A DNA stretch of 64,000 nt. It comes from an uncultured Verrucomicrobiae bacterium (GTDB lineage Bacteria > Chlamydiota > Chlamydiia > Chlamydiales > Rhabdochlamydiaceae). The stretch covers positions 1,385,275-1,449,274 of the forward strand of contig CAWDYW010000001.1 of the NCBI GenBank assembly GCA_963806855.1, given 5' to 3'. Position numbers and translations under genes: made by a program. Below, piece by piece: positions 18,935-29,184 of the stretch. Within the stretch, counting starts at the first letter, position 1. The number at the start of each line of letters is the position of its first letter. The notes beneath the pieces were generated by a model. That model did not search any database. It was given only the letters and a program-made list of their open reading frames with translations, and had not been told where the DNA came from.

Positions 18935-19636
18935 CTACAAGCTGCCGCCACCATCAATACAAAGAGTTTGGCCGGTGATAAAACCCGCATCTTCTGAAAG
19001 GAGAAACTCAATCGTAGCAGCCACTTCATTTGGCTTGCCAACGCGTCCCATTGGGATTTGATCTAAAAGTTCCTTTTCTTCCTTACTGCCAATAGGACGG
19101 ATAGAGCGAAACGCGGGTGTTTCAATAGGCCCTGGAGCAACTGCATTCACTGTAATACCAAATCCTGCGAGTTCAAGAGCCCATACACGGGTGCAACCGA
19201 TGATCGCGCTCTTCGCAGCTGCATAACTTGTCCGACCGGGCACGCCGAAGATCGCTCTAGAAGCAAGGTTCACAATGCGTCCCCAGCGTCCCTTTTTCAT
19301 TATTTCAACAAATCCCTGTGTCATTTGGACTGCAGTGCGCACATTAATATCGTAAAGGGATCGGAGTATATCGAGGTCGATTGAGCCTAAAGGCTGTGGC
19401 CCTCCTGCTCCTAAATTGTTCACAAGAGCGTCGATCTGAAAGTGGGCTAAAATGGTTGCGATGATGGACTCGGTTTCTTTCTCATCGCTTAAATCGCAAG
19501 CGAAAAAATCACCGGGAAAACCTTCTTCTGGTTTGCCACGTGCAATTCCGATCACATGATATCCAGCCTCGGCTAGTCGTCGACTTGTTGCTAATCCAAT
19601 CCCTTTTGAAGCTCCAGTAATCACTACTGTTTTCAT
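18935..19636 (-). CDS. Short-chain dehydrogenase/reductase
   Basis: TGASKGIG, YAAAK, VNAVAPG, ITGQTLCIDGG. Confidence 0.95.
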   Translation of the reverse strand: MKTVVITGASKGIGLATSRRLAEAGYHVIGIARGKPEEGFPGDFFACDLSDEKETESIIATILAHFQIDALVNNLGAGGPQPLGSIDLDILRSLYDINVRTAVQMTQGFVEIMKKGRWGRIVNLASRAIFGVPGRTSYAAAKSAIIGCTRVWALELAGFGITVNAVAPGPIETPAFRSIRPIGSKEEKELLDQIPMGRVGKPNEVAATIEFLLSEDAGFITGQTLCIDGGGSL

Positions 19637-19637
19637 T

Positions 19638-20216
19638 TTAAGATCGAACCACAGCTGCCAAATGGGCCTGATAGCAGTGGTAGCAAGATGGAAGATAGGT
19701 CTCTTCTGCGCCTACCTGGATTGCTGGGCCATCGACCGTTGCGACTCCGTCGACATGCTTAAGATTCATGATCGATTTGCGAGTGCAGAAATGGCAAGTT
19801 GCCTTCACCTCTTCAATCGAATCGGCCAACTCCATCAAACGTCTCGATCCCTCGAAAAGATTGGAGCGAAAATCGGTGCGAAGTCCATAACAAATGACCG
19901 GAATGCCGCGGGCGACGCTGATCTCGCGGAGTTGCTCAATTATAGATGCGGGGAGGAATTGGGCCTCATCGACCAAAATGCAATCGACCCCTTCGTAATC
20001 GAGAGAGAGTAGATCGGTGTCGGGACGGATGAGAATATCGGCTGTCATCTCAAGGCCGGCGCGCGACTTGATTTGCTCCCTTCCAAAACGGATGTCGAGC
20101 TCAGGTTTAAGAAGAAGGATCTCCTTCCCCTGTTGCCGATAATTGTGGGCCACAGCGAGAAGATTAAGTGTCTTCGCGCTGCCTACGGTGCCATGACGAA
20201 AATAGAGCTTTGCCAT
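19638..20216 (-). CDS. tdk: Thymidine kinase
   Basis: GTVGSAKT, ILVDEAQFL, YGLRTDF, CHFC...CYHC zinc site. Confidence 0.95.
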   Translation of the reverse strand: MAKLYFRHGTVGSAKTLNLLAVAHNYRQQGKEILLLKPELDIRFGREQIKSRAGLEMTADILIRPDTDLLSLDYEGVDCILVDEAQFLPASIIEQLREISVARGIPVICYGLRTDFRSNLFEGSRRLMELADSIEEVKATCHFCTRKSIMNLKHVDGVATVDGPAIQVGAEETYLPSCYHCYQAHLAAVVRS

Positions 20217-20273
20217 ACGGATCTCCTGGTTTTTTAAAACCACAGATTAATCTGAAAAGCCAGATTTTCGCAA

Positions 20274-20855
20274 CTACCCATTTACCTGAAACGAACCGAA
20301 GAATGCATCGGGTTGTACTTTCTCAGCGACGGCGAGCGGATAGGAGACTGTGATCCGATAGAGGGTATTGCCGACGATCACAAATTTCCCTTCGATCTCT
20401 TTGCCAGCTTGTTTAAGATGGTACTCAAGAGTAGGCAGGCCGCGGAATGAGGTGATCTGTTGCTTGACGAGAGCTTCAACATTTTGCTCGCTCTGAAGAA
20501 AGGCATCGAACCCTTTGTTTAGAAGCTTACTTGTCCCAATCCACTTCCAATGCTTGGGGAAATCGACGTAGCTGATGGCATAGGTGGACTCATTTTGGGC
20601 TGAACTGACCTCTTGGAAGGAGAGATTTTTACCTGCGATGACAGTCTCCTGGGTTTTTTCGATCGGTTCGGCGGGGAATTGGATTGCAAAACTCTGATCG
20701 CTCGCAGTGTACGATTGCCATTCAGGCTCGGCAGGAACAAGGATCTCTTGCTCCACATTTTTATAGAGTAGACCGACTGTCCCTCCAGCGATAAGGGCGG
20801 CGCAAGTCAGAATTAAAATACTTTTTTTCCAAAACTTTATTTGTTTCACAAACAC
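20274..20855 (-). CDS. Membrane-anchored hypothetical protein
   Basis: N-terminal TM, FAIQFPAEP, FFGSFQV; possibly PsbP-like fold. Confidence 0.7.
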   Translation of the reverse strand: MFVKQIKFWKKSILILTCAALIAGGTVGLLYKNVEQEILVPAEPEWQSYTASDQSFAIQFPAEPIEKTQETVIAGKNLSFQEVSSAQNESTYAISYVDFPKHWKWIGTSKLLNKGFDAFLQSEQNVEALVKQQITSFRGLPTLEYHLKQAGKEIEGKFVIVGNTLYRITVSYPLAVAEKVQPDAFFGSFQVNG

Positions 20856-20970
20856 TCTCCTGGTTTTAATTTATGTCCAAATATAAACTAAATCGGAATA
20901 AAATGACAGAGTTTATTACCCCCATAGGCATATTGAAAAAAATCACACTAAATTTTATACTATTTTGCGT

Positions 20971-21705
20971 ATGGTAGATCCAATAACGCGAATCTCCCCT
21001 TCCACCCCCCCACCATCTGAGTCATTTTCCTCCCCATATGCTCCCCCGCCGACTCCCTCTACGCTCTCTTCTTTGGACGATGGACCAGGCCTTATTATCA
21101 GTTTCTTCACAGCAATCGTCTCCTTCCTAAAGTGGATTTTTGATTTGAATCCCCCTCAAAGCCCCGAGATCGACCTCAACACAGACCCTTCCACCCTTGC
21201 GGAGAGCGACCCATTTCGCAATAAAGTTTTTAATTTCTCGCCAGAAGGGATTCCGAGTCTTAAGTTGCCGCGGAAATATGAGCTCGCCTGTCACATTTTT
21301 CAAACATTGGGAGGCGGGGGACCATGGCATTGGTTAAAAAATAAATGGCACCTCGAGCGGTGGGAAAAAGAACTGATCAGTTTGCCAGGAGACCCCTTCG
21401 AGTTTCTATATTTCCTCACCCACAGCAAGACGATGCTCGAAGCGATGATTTCCTTCAGACAGATCGCAGAGGGTAGCTCCCAGAAGGGAATTTTCTACCT
21501 CATTGGACGGCGGCCATGGGCTGAGTTCATTGCCAAACAGTCAGAAAGCTTTACACTAAGGGGTTCCCCTAAGATGATCCCTGGCTTTTGCCAAATTTTA
21601 AGGCTTGACCAAGCGCTTGTCACTTCCCTCTTTAATGGTCAAAAATGGGAAGAGCTCATTCACTATATTCTAGAGCAGCGAGAGAAGCACCTATCCGTCA
21701 ATTAG
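20971..21705 (+). CDS. Hypothetical protein with Pro/Ser-rich N-terminus
   Basis: Long ORF; disordered Ser/Pro N-terminus then an amphipathic helix. Confidence 0.7.
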   Translation: MVDPITRISPSTPPPSESFSSPYAPPPTPSTLSSLDDGPGLIISFFTAIVSFLKWIFDLNPPQSPEIDLNTDPSTLAESDPFRNKVFNFSPEGIPSLKLPRKYELACHIFQTLGGGGPWHWLKNKWHLERWEKELISLPGDPFEFLYFLTHSKTMLEAMISFRQIAEGSSQKGIFYLIGRRPWAEFIAKQSESFTLRGSPKMIPGFCQILRLDQALVTSLFNGQKWEELIHYILEQREKHLSVN

Positions 21706-21765
21706 TTATAATTAATTATTTAAAATAATTATTATACTTATATAATAAAGAAAAGGAGACGAATT

Positions 21766-22080
21766 ATGAATATTTTCGCTTTGATCAACGCTTTCTTTAT
21801 GCTAGCTGGCCCTGTTTCAAATGATGCCAATATTGAAAAAGTGGACTTCCGCGTTAGGACATACTCGTATGGCTCATATTATCCTGAGCCTTACGTTTGT
21901 CCGCATGGCTATACCTACGGACCAGGCTATACCTATCGTCGAGGCTTTAGATTTTATGCGCCTGGATATTTTGGGGCCTACCGATATGGGTGTTATGACA
22001 ACCAAGGGCGACTCTATCGTCCTCGTGCCTACTATCGCGACCGGTATTATCCTCGCTATTATTACTATCGCCACAGATAA
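21766..22080 (+). CDS. Small exported Tyr/Arg-rich protein
   Basis: AAGGAG RBS; signal-peptide-like N-terminus; 23 Tyr in the last ~73 residues. Confidence 0.7.
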   Translation: MNIFALINAFFMLAGPVSNDANIEKVDFRVRTYSYGSYYPEPYVCPHGYTYGPGYTYRRGFRFYAPGYFGAYRYGCYDNQGRLYRPRAYYRDRYYPRYYYYRHR

Positions 22081-22089
22081 TCGGAAATT

Positions 22090-24795
22090 ATGGCCAAAAT
22101 CATTGTAGACCCCTCTCAGGAATATCTGGAGCAACCAGCTCAGCAGCTGGAGCCATTTTTCAATCCTAAGAGTGTCGCGATCATCGGCGCCACCCAAACT
22201 CCCAATACCGTCGGCAATACGCTGACAAACAACTTGATCTCGGGAAAATTCAAAGGAAAAATCTATCCGATCAATCCCAAGTATGAGACCCTCTTTGGCC
22301 TGAAGTGTTATCCATCGATCGAGGCGATTCCTGAAGAGGTCGAGCTCGCTGTCATCATCACGCCTGCCAAAACGATCCCAGCCCTCATCGACCAATGTGT
22401 CGCCAAGAAGGTGAAAGGGGCGATCATCATCTCCGCCGGCTTTAAAGAGCTAGGGGCCGAGGGGCTAAAGCTAGAAAACGAAGTGCTCCGCAGAGCGCGC
22501 GCTGGAAATTTGCGTCTAGTCGGCCCCAATTGTCTTGGGATCATGAATCCCCTCACCAATTTCAACGCCACCTTTGCCGCTTCGATGGCGCTCAAAGGCA
22601 ACGTCGCCTTCATCAGCCAATCGGGCGCCATGTGCACAGCTGTTCTCGACTGGAGCTTGAAGCAAAAGATTGGCTTTAGCGCCTTCGTCTCGATCGGATC
22701 GATGGCCGACGTCAACTGGGGCGATCTGATCGACTATCTCGGCAACGATCCCAACACGAGTAGCATTTTGATCTACATGGAGACGATCGGAAACGCTAAG
22801 GACTTCCTCTCTGCAGCAAAAGAAGTGGTCATGAACAAGCCGATCATCGTGATCAAAGCGGGACGCACTGAAGCTGCTGCCAAAGCTGCCGCCTCCCACA
22901 CTGGATCGATGGCCGGTAGCGACGAAGTATTTGATGCCGCCATGCGCCGAGTCGGAGTTCTGCGAGTCGATGAGATCGGCGAGCTGTTCAATATGGCAGA
23001 GGTGCTGGCTAAACAACCTGTTCCCAAAGGCCCAAACCTGACAATCCTCACCAACGCTGGGGGTCCCGCCGTACTCGCCACCGACGCTGCCGCCCAATAT
23101 GGAGCTGAAATTGCCAATCTCACACCCGAAACGATCGAACAGTTGAACCAATTCCTCCCTGCCGCCTGGAGCCATGCCAACCCGGTCGACCTGCTCGGAG
23201 ACGCTGGCCCAGACCGCTATTCCAAAGCCATTGAGATCGTCGCCAAAGACCCCAACACCGACGGCATCCTCGTCATCCTCTCCCCGCAAGATATGACCGA
23301 CGTGACCGGAACCGCCGAGTGCCTCAAACCCTATGCGCAAATCCCAAACAAACCGATCCTCGCCAGCTGGATGGGCGGAGAAGTGATTGAAAAAGGGATC
23401 ACCATCCTGTCCAATTCCAACATCCCCAACTTCATCTACCCCGATAGCGCCAGCAAGACCTTCGCAGCAATGTGGCGGCAAAGCTACGCCCTCCAATTCC
23501 TCTATGAGACCCCCGCTAGCCGGCAAGACCTCACCGACGTCAAAAAACGGATCGACACCACAGAATCGATCATCCAAAATGCGCTGAAAGAAGGACGGCT
23601 GCTTCTCACCGAAGAGGAGTCTAAGCGAGTGCTCGCCGCCTACTCGATTCCGATCGTCCAAACCGTCATCGCCACCTCCCCCAAAGAGGCCGCCAAAGCG
23701 GCAGAAGAAATTGGGTTTCCCGTCGTGCTCAAACTTCACTCCGAAACGATCACCCACAAAACCGACGTGGGCGGCGTGCTCCTCAATTTGAAAGACAAAG
23801 AGAGCGTCGAAAAAGGGTTCACCCAAATCAAGAATTCAGTGACCGAAAAAGCGGGCGCAGAGCACTTCCTCGGCGTCACCGTACAAAAAATGATCAAACT
23901 CGAAGGCTACGAACTGATCCTCGGCAGCACGATCGACGGACAATTTGGCCCCGTCGTCCTCTTTGGAACCGGCGGCCAGCTCGTCGAAGTCTACAAAGAC
24001 CGGGCCCTCGGCCTCCCCCCCTTCACCGCCACCCTCGCCAACCGCCTCATGAGCCGCACCAAAATCTACGAAGCGCTCAAAGGAGTCCGTGGCCGCAAAG
24101 GGATCGATTTTGCCCAGCTTGAAAAAATCATCGTCGCCTTCTCCGAACTGGTCGTCTCCCATCCGAACCTGGCCGAATGCGACATCAACCCCCTCCTCGC
24201 CTCCTCTGATCAGCTCATTGCCCTCGATGCCCGCATCGTCCTCTCGAAAGAGCCCCTCGCCAAACCGGTTATCCGCCCCTACCCCTCCCAGTACATCTCC
24301 AAGTGCACCCTGACCGATGGAGAGCAAATCACCCTCCGCCCCGTCCGTCCCGAAGATGAGCCCCTAGTGGTCGACTTCCACAAACGGCTCTCTGCAGAGA
24401 CCCTCCGCGCCCGCTACTTCAAAGAGATGCCTCTTTCCCAGCGCATTTCGCATGAGAGAATGATCCGGATCTGCCACACCGACTACAATCGAGAGATCCT
24501 CCTCATCGCCGAAAAAGAAGGGCAAATGGTCGCCGCCGCCCGCCTGGGCCGCACACCCCATACAGCGACCGCCGACCTCAAATTTGTCATCCAAGATAAC
24601 ATGCAACACAAAGGACTCGGGGCCGTCATGCTGGGCGCCATCCTCAAACTCGCCAAAGCCGAGAAAATCGGCACAGTGACCGTCCAGCTCCTCAAGGAAA
24701 ATACCGGCATGAAAAAACTCCTCGAGAGAGAAGGCTTCACCCTGACCCCCAGCGAAAAAGATCCCTCCCTCATCAACGGAGTGCTCAAGCTGTAG
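22090..24795 (+). CDS. Acetate-CoA ligase-family / GNAT fusion (Pat/YfiQ-like protein acetyltransferase)
   Basis: CoA-binding domain ([23 protein letters not shown]), ATP-grasp ([17 protein letters not shown]), C-terminal GNAT. Confidence 0.92.
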   Translation: MAKIIVDPSQEYLEQPAQQLEPFFNPKSVAIIGATQTPNTVGNTLTNNLISGKFKGKIYPINPKYETLFGLKCYPSIEAIPEEVELAVIITPAKTIPALIDQCVAKKVKGAIIISAGFKELGAEGLKLENEVLRRARAGNLRLVGPNCLGIMNPLTNFNATFAASMALKGNVAFISQSGAMCTAVLDWSLKQKIGFSAFVSIGSMADVNWGDLIDYLGNDPNTSSILIYMETIGNAKDFLSAAKEVVMNKPIIVIKAGRTEAAAKAAASHTGSMAGSDEVFDAAMRRVGVLRVDEIGELFNMAEVLAKQPVPKGPNLTILTNAGGPAVLATDAAAQYGAEIANLTPETIEQLNQFLPAAWSHANPVDLLGDAGPDRYSKAIEIVAKDPNTDGILVILSPQDMTDVTGTAECLKPYAQIPNKPILASWMGGEVIEKGITILSNSNIPNFIYPDSASKTFAAMWRQSYALQFLYETPASRQDLTDVKKRIDTTESIIQNALKEGRLLLTEEESKRVLAAYSIPIVQTVIATSPKEAAKAAEEIGFPVVLKLHSETITHKTDVGGVLLNLKDKESVEKGFTQIKNSVTEKAGAEHFLGVTVQKMIKLEGYELILGSTIDGQFGPVVLFGTGGQLVEVYKDRALGLPPFTATLANRLMSRTKIYEALKGVRGRKGIDFAQLEKIIVAFSELVVSHPNLAECDINPLLASSDQLIALDARIVLSKEPLAKPVIRPYPSQYISKCTLTDGEQITLRPVRPEDEPLVVDFHKRLSAETLRARYFKEMPLSQRISHERMIRICHTDYNREILLIAEKEGQMVAAARLGRTPHTATADLKFVIQDNMQHKGLGAVMLGAILKLAKAEKIGTVTVQLLKENTGMKKLLEREGFTLTPSEKDPSLINGVLKL

Positions 24796-24797
24796 CG

Positions 24798-25658
24798 ATG
24801 TACAAAGGCCAAATCATCGATACCCATATGCACCTCTGGGATCCTGCAAATGGGTATGAGTGGCTTCCCCAGTTCAAAGCCATCCACCACCCCTTCCTCA
24901 TGCCAGACTACCTCGAAATGGCCAAACACCAACCCATTTCACAAACAGTCCACATCGAATGTGGTGGCTTCCCCCAGAATCCCGTCCTCGAAACCAAATG
25001 GATCCAGCAGCAAGTCGACCATTTTGGGGGCCCGCAAGCGATCGTCGCCTTTGCCAAACTCGATTCACCATCTGTCGAGCAAACCCTCAAAGGCCATTGC
25101 CAATATCCACTCGTCCGTGGCATCCGGATGGCCCTAAACAAAATCGGTTCATTCGGTGTCGATCGAGCCGATTACATGCAAGATCCCGCCTGGCGCAAAG
25201 GGTATTCCCTCTTGTCCAAATACAACCTCCATTTTGAAATGCAGATCTTCGACACCCAACTCCCCGAAGCGGTCGAACTGGCCAAGGCCTTTCCCGACAT
25301 TCCCATCGTGTTGCAACATCTCGGTTGGCCCTTAGAAACGACTGCAGAATACCAAAAAGCATGGAAAGAGCGACTCGCAGAATTGGCAGCGCTGCCAAAC
25401 ACCCTCCTCAAAATATCGTGCCTAGGATGGATCTTCAAAAAACCGGACGAGAAAGCCATTAATGGCTTCATCCGGGATGCAATTTCCCTCTTCGGAGTCG
25501 ATCGGTGTATGGTAGGAAGTAACTGTCCACCCGATGAGCTCTATCTATCCTTCGACCAAATCTTCCATCTGATCAAAGTCGCCCTCTCTCCCTATACGGA
25601 AGAAGAGCAGCAAAAAATGTTTTATGGGAACGCCAAACGGGTCTATAGGATCTTCTAG
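24798..25658 (+). CDS. Amidohydrolase 2 family protein
   Basis: IIDTHMHLWD, VLQHLG, MVGSNCP, NAKRVY. Confidence 0.9.
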   Translation: MYKGQIIDTHMHLWDPANGYEWLPQFKAIHHPFLMPDYLEMAKHQPISQTVHIECGGFPQNPVLETKWIQQQVDHFGGPQAIVAFAKLDSPSVEQTLKGHCQYPLVRGIRMALNKIGSFGVDRADYMQDPAWRKGYSLLSKYNLHFEMQIFDTQLPEAVELAKAFPDIPIVLQHLGWPLETTAEYQKAWKERLAELAALPNTLLKISCLGWIFKKPDEKAINGFIRDAISLFGVDRCMVGSNCPPDELYLSFDQIFHLIKVALSPYTEEEQQKMFYGNAKRVYRIF

Positions 25659-26195
25659 TTATTTCTTTTTTGAGGGGAGCTTGATCACTCTCCCATCGAT
25701 AACAAAGACTCCATTGCCGCAATGGTGCATCATCCTGGCCCTTTTTTTCTTTGGCCTGATCCAGGCTTTGACAGCTTCTAGGATAAAGATGTTATACATT
25801 TTAGCCATCTTCATATCGATGACCTTGCATTCGATATTAGCATAGCACTCAGTGAGAAGCGGCGCGCTTACCTGCGATGCAGGCTCATGCCGGAGATGAA
25901 ATTTCTCAAACTTATCGACTTTGCTGCCCGAGACATTTCCCACTCCGACGACTTTTTCAGCTAGCTCTACAGTGGGGATATTAATCACGCATTCCTTTGT
26001 TTTCTTTAGGATATTAAAGGTATAGTTCTGATTGCTAATGACGCAGGCGAAAATCGGAGGTTCAAAATCGATCATCATCTGCCAGGTCATGGTCATCACA
26101 TTGGGCTTTCCTTTGTAGCAGGTCGTAACCATAGTGACTGGCCCCGGTTCGAGCAACTGGTAAACGTGAGCTAAACGAATTGATTTTTTTGTCAT
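25659..26195 (-). CDS. Flavin reductase-like protein
   Basis: LLEPGPVTMVT, ECVINIP, SGSKVDKF, APLLTECYANIEC. Confidence 0.9.
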   Translation of the reverse strand: MTKKSIRLAHVYQLLEPGPVTMVTTCYKGKPNVMTMTWQMMIDFEPPIFACVISNQNYTFNILKKTKECVINIPTVELAEKVVGVGNVSGSKVDKFEKFHLRHEPASQVSAPLLTECYANIECKVIDMKMAKMYNIFILEAVKAWIRPKKKRARMMHHCGNGVFVIDGRVIKLPSKKK

Positions 26196-26249
26196 TATAT
26201 TTCAGACAAATGTTCCATCCCTATTTATCTGTCAAGATGCGAGTGTAAA

Positions 26250-27119
26250 CTATCGCAAAAACCGAATCTGAGGAAGAAGGCTTAGGAAGAATTCGGCTGA
26301 CCAGCCCTCGATTTCCCTTGGATCCCGAATAAAACGTCTAATGTCCTCTTTGGCAGCCTCAAAGTTAACGCTGCGAATTTTTTGCTCTAGTAAATTGAGA
26401 AAAAACTCTTTATTCAGAGCAGTCTCAGAAGAATAATTTCCCGATTGTCGCAGACGGCTTTCCAAATGACCCAAATTGAGAGGAATCCCTTTATTGATAT
26501 ACCAAATGAAGTCATACCAATCCCTTCCCTTCACCCGAACTTTATAAGCCCGGTATAAAACTGCGCTCATTTTCCCAGCGAATAAATCTTCTGGAACATA
26601 GCTGCGAACGGAAAACGGGATTGGTTTTGCTAGATAGCGGACCTCTGTAGCAAAGCCGAGTGGTGGATCAATATCGACTTCCAGTTTAATTTTGATCATC
26701 TCATCTGAATGGGTAAATCGTTTCAAAGATTCATCTAATCCAATCCGAATGAACGTCTCCAAAGTCCCCGTCTTTAGAAAAGCGGAAACAATAGGGTTTT
26801 CTGGGTGTTTGATTCGCTGCTCTACTTTAACTTTAAGTCCTGAAATCTCGAGCTCCTCCGCAACTCCTTTCAGATAGGGAAGCAAATCAAATGAAGGATC
26901 GGGCTTGAGAAGTGAAAAATCGAGATCTTCGCTGAATCGATTGAGACCATACAGGATCCTAAGCGAGGTCCCTCCGTAGAATGCAGCATGCTCGAAGAAC
27001 TTCGCTCTCCATAAACCAAGCAATGCAATCTCTTGCATAATCTCATGGATGGCATTTTCATAATCATACTTAGTTTTAGGGCTATAATTTTCTAGAAGAT
27101 CTTCAACTATTGCTGTCAT
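26250..27119 (-). CDS. abiEii: AbiEii-type nucleotidyltransferase toxin (type IV TA)
   Basis: FYGGTSLRILYGLNRFSEDLDF, GKMSA, KGRDWYD. Confidence 0.9.
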   Translation of the reverse strand: MTAIVEDLLENYSPKTKYDYENAIHEIMQEIALLGLWRAKFFEHAAFYGGTSLRILYGLNRFSEDLDFSLLKPDPSFDLLPYLKGVAEELEISGLKVKVEQRIKHPENPIVSAFLKTGTLETFIRIGLDESLKRFTHSDEMIKIKLEVDIDPPLGFATEVRYLAKPIPFSVRSYVPEDLFAGKMSAVLYRAYKVRVKGRDWYDFIWYINKGIPLNLGHLESRLRQSGNYSSETALNKEFFLNLLEQKIRSVNFEAAKEDIRRFIRDPREIEGWSAEFFLSLLPQIRFLR

Positions 27120-27733
27120 AACTCTAATATTAGCTTCACACTGCGCTTTTTATAAGCAATTGCAATCTCTTTTAATTTCTCAATATCCAGTTCACGAAAT
27201 TGCTTCTCATCCATTCTCATCTCTTCAAATAGATAAAACCGGAGTTGTTCAAGTGTTCGTATTCCAGGAGTTCGATAGACAAGATCGGCGAGAGCTTTTT
27301 CCTTAGAGGCGATAAAATATCCCCCTTCACTCTTTATGTCCCGATATTCTATACCTACTTTGAATTTTTTACTATCAATAGCTCGATATTCGAATATCCC
27401 AATTGGAGTGCGAAAGGTTTTTGATTTTCCAATGGTCAAAGAAGTGACGACCGTTGGGCGTTCAGCGATTAAACCATAATGGAAAAGGGCATATTCAAAA
27501 GAAATACAAGAAGGGCCATACAGAAGATTGCCGATCATTTCCAAGCACAAAGGGTAGCGCCTCCAATTTTCACCGAAGATATATAACCCTTGTTTTAACC
27601 TAACTAACTTACCTTCAGAAACTAAGGCTGCGATCTTTGCTCGAGGTTTTTTAAGATCTATAAAATAATCAGCAAGCAACTGGTAATCAATTACTTCTAT
27701 ATTAATTTTTCTTCTAAACTCTTCAAAACCCAT
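27116..27733 (-). CDS. abiEi: AbiEi-type antitoxin/transcriptional regulator
   Basis: AAGGAG RBS then ATG 27733; LVRLKQGLY, PSCISFEYALFHYGLI, EKALAD; 4-nt overlap with toxin. Confidence 0.85.
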   Translation of the reverse strand: MGFEEFRRKINIEVIDYQLLADYFIDLKKPRAKIAALVSEGKLVRLKQGLYIFGENWRRYPLCLEMIGNLLYGPSCISFEYALFHYGLIAERPTVVTSLTIGKSKTFRTPIGIFEYRAIDSKKFKVGIEYRDIKSEGGYFIASKEKALADLVYRTPGIRTLEQLRFYLFEEMRMDEKQFRELDIEKLKEIAIAYKKRSVKLILEL

Positions 27734-27745
27734 ATACTCCTTATT

Positions 27746-27802
27746 ATGCAAATTTTTGCCATCTTGTCCAGAAAAATTGGACATGTTGGCTAAAACTTGC
27801 AT
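27746..27802. promoter_or_regulatory. Inverted-repeat operator upstream of abiEi
   Basis: 25-bp arms 27746-27770 and 27778-27802 (4 mismatches), 7-bp spacer; AbiEi proteins autorepress through promoter IRs. Confidence 0.75.
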
Positions 27803-27896
27803 CAAAAAAGTGGAATTCATACATGTTCGGAGGTTGATTATTACTAGTTACATCGCTATAATAATCGCCTCAAAACTACAAAAATAGGAGAGTTTT

Positions 27897-29000
27897 ATGT
27901 TTTTAGATTGTTGCAGAAGACAACGCGCCGATGCTTGCCACCTTGCACTTCCCGTTGATCCAGCCATCCAGCAGCTGAATGATGCCCCGGCTGGCAAACC
28001 CGTTGATCCAGCCACCCAGCAGCTGAATGATGCCCCGGCTGGCAAATATGTTTGTGAATATGATTCCCAACGGCATCATCACAAATTTATCTTTGAAAGC
28101 TGGGATAATCCTCTTGATAAAGATCAAATTCCTTACCTAAAACCAGATGCATCTGGACATGGTCCTCTCACAAAAGGCGACGGATCACCAATCCAAATCG
28201 AAGAAGGTGACTGGTTGATTCCTGTGCTATTGCGTGATCAAGCTAATCGGGAGATCCATCTGCTTCTACCCAGCAATTTGGTTGGGGATTGCCGCGCCCA
28301 TGATACGATTGAATTGCTGTATGATAACAAGAGCTTTACACTCTCATTTGCTCCTGAATTTAGAAACAGAGTCTTAACTGTTGAAATGGGGATTTATGGG
28401 GTGACACATGGTCAACCTTTTATATGTAAATATCCAATGCCATCGGACAAAAGAGCTGAAGCGAGACAAAAACTTCTGAAGGAATCTCTTCCCCAAATGA
28501 TTGCTCAGATGAATCAATCCGAAAATCGTTTTGTCTTTAATAAGGAAACAAAAAAATTGGAAAAATACGATGGCCAAAATCCTCTTGTTGAAAGGATCGA
28601 TTCTGACCGAGCGAAAGTGATCACAGTTGACACTCTCGAACGGCCATATCAAGCTCCTTGGGTAAAACGAAACCATATTGGATGCTATCTTTATACAACA
28701 GCAGACAAAGTTGCCATGGCCGTATGTAATGGACAGCTGATTATTTGGCAACATAGCGATCTAAAGCTTAGTGAACCCAAACCCAAGTCAGATAAAGTGC
28801 GTAAATACGACATGTATGTTCCATTGAATATCGACCCAAAAGATATAAAACCCGTAGATCCGTTAGCTCATTATCCCAAAGACATCTTTACCATCATTCC
28901 TCTGAATAACGAAACGATTACCGAAGCTGAATTTTTGGATCATTTGGCTAAAGTCGAATTTCCCAATGGGTCGATGTTTGGGATGAACCTTGAAAATTAA
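27897..29000 (+). CDS. Hypothetical protein
   Basis: AGGAG RBS, 367-aa ORF. Confidence 0.75.
   Translation: MFLDCCRRQRADACHLALPVDPAIQQLNDAPAGKPVDPATQQLNDAPAGKYVCEYDSQRHHHKFIFESWDNPLDKDQIPYLKPDASGHGPLTKGDGSPIQIEEGDWLIPVLLRDQANREIHLLLPSNLVGDCRAHDTIELLYDNKSFTLSFAPEFRNRVLTVEMGIYGVTHGQPFICKYPMPSDKRAEARQKLLKESLPQMIAQMNQSENRFVFNKETKKLEKYDGQNPLVERIDSDRAKVITVDTLERPYQAPWVKRNHIGCYLYTTADKVAMAVCNGQLIIWQHSDLKLSEPKPKSDKVRKYDMYVPLNIDPKDIKPVDPLAHYPKDIFTIIPLNNETITEAEFLDHLAKVEFPNGSMFGMNLEN
27951..28046 (+). repeat. 48-bp in-frame tandem duplication (PVDPA[I/T]QQLNDAPAGK x2)
   Basis: 27951-27998 and 27999-28046 differ at one base. Confidence 0.95.
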
Positions 29001-29017
29001 GACGAGAGTGTTATAAT
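28990..29017 (+). promoter_or_regulatory. tRNA-Ser promoter
   Basis: TTGAAA, 16 bp, extended -10 TGnTATAAT just upstream of the tRNA. Confidence 0.7.
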
Positions 29018-29030
29018 ATCTCTCTTTGTT

Positions 29031-29115
29031 GGAAGAGTGGCAGAGTGGCCGATTGCGTCTGTCTTGAAAACAGAAGTCCCGCAAGGGACCGTGGGTTCGA
29101 ATCCTACCTCTTCCG
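29031..29115 (+). tRNA. tRNA-Ser(TGA)
   Basis: GGAAGAG/CTCTTCC acceptor stem, anticodon arm TCTGT-CTTGAAA-ACAGA, long variable arm, GTTCGAATC; CCA not encoded. Confidence 0.97.
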
Positions 29116-29123
29116 ATAACGCA

Positions 29124-29175
29124 ACCAATTCGAACCCTTGCTCTCATCCAATAGAGCAAGGGTATCGATTTGGGT
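29124..29175. terminator. Hairpin between tRNA-Ser and the convergent flotillin gene
   Basis: acccttgctct...agagcaagggt stem. Confidence 0.65.
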
Positions 29176-29184
29176 ATGGGCTTC

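Noticed and set aside
22516..23826. 436-aa antisense ORF (and similar at 53261..53938)
   Set aside because: Shadow ORFs caused by strong C-ending codon bias in the sense gene
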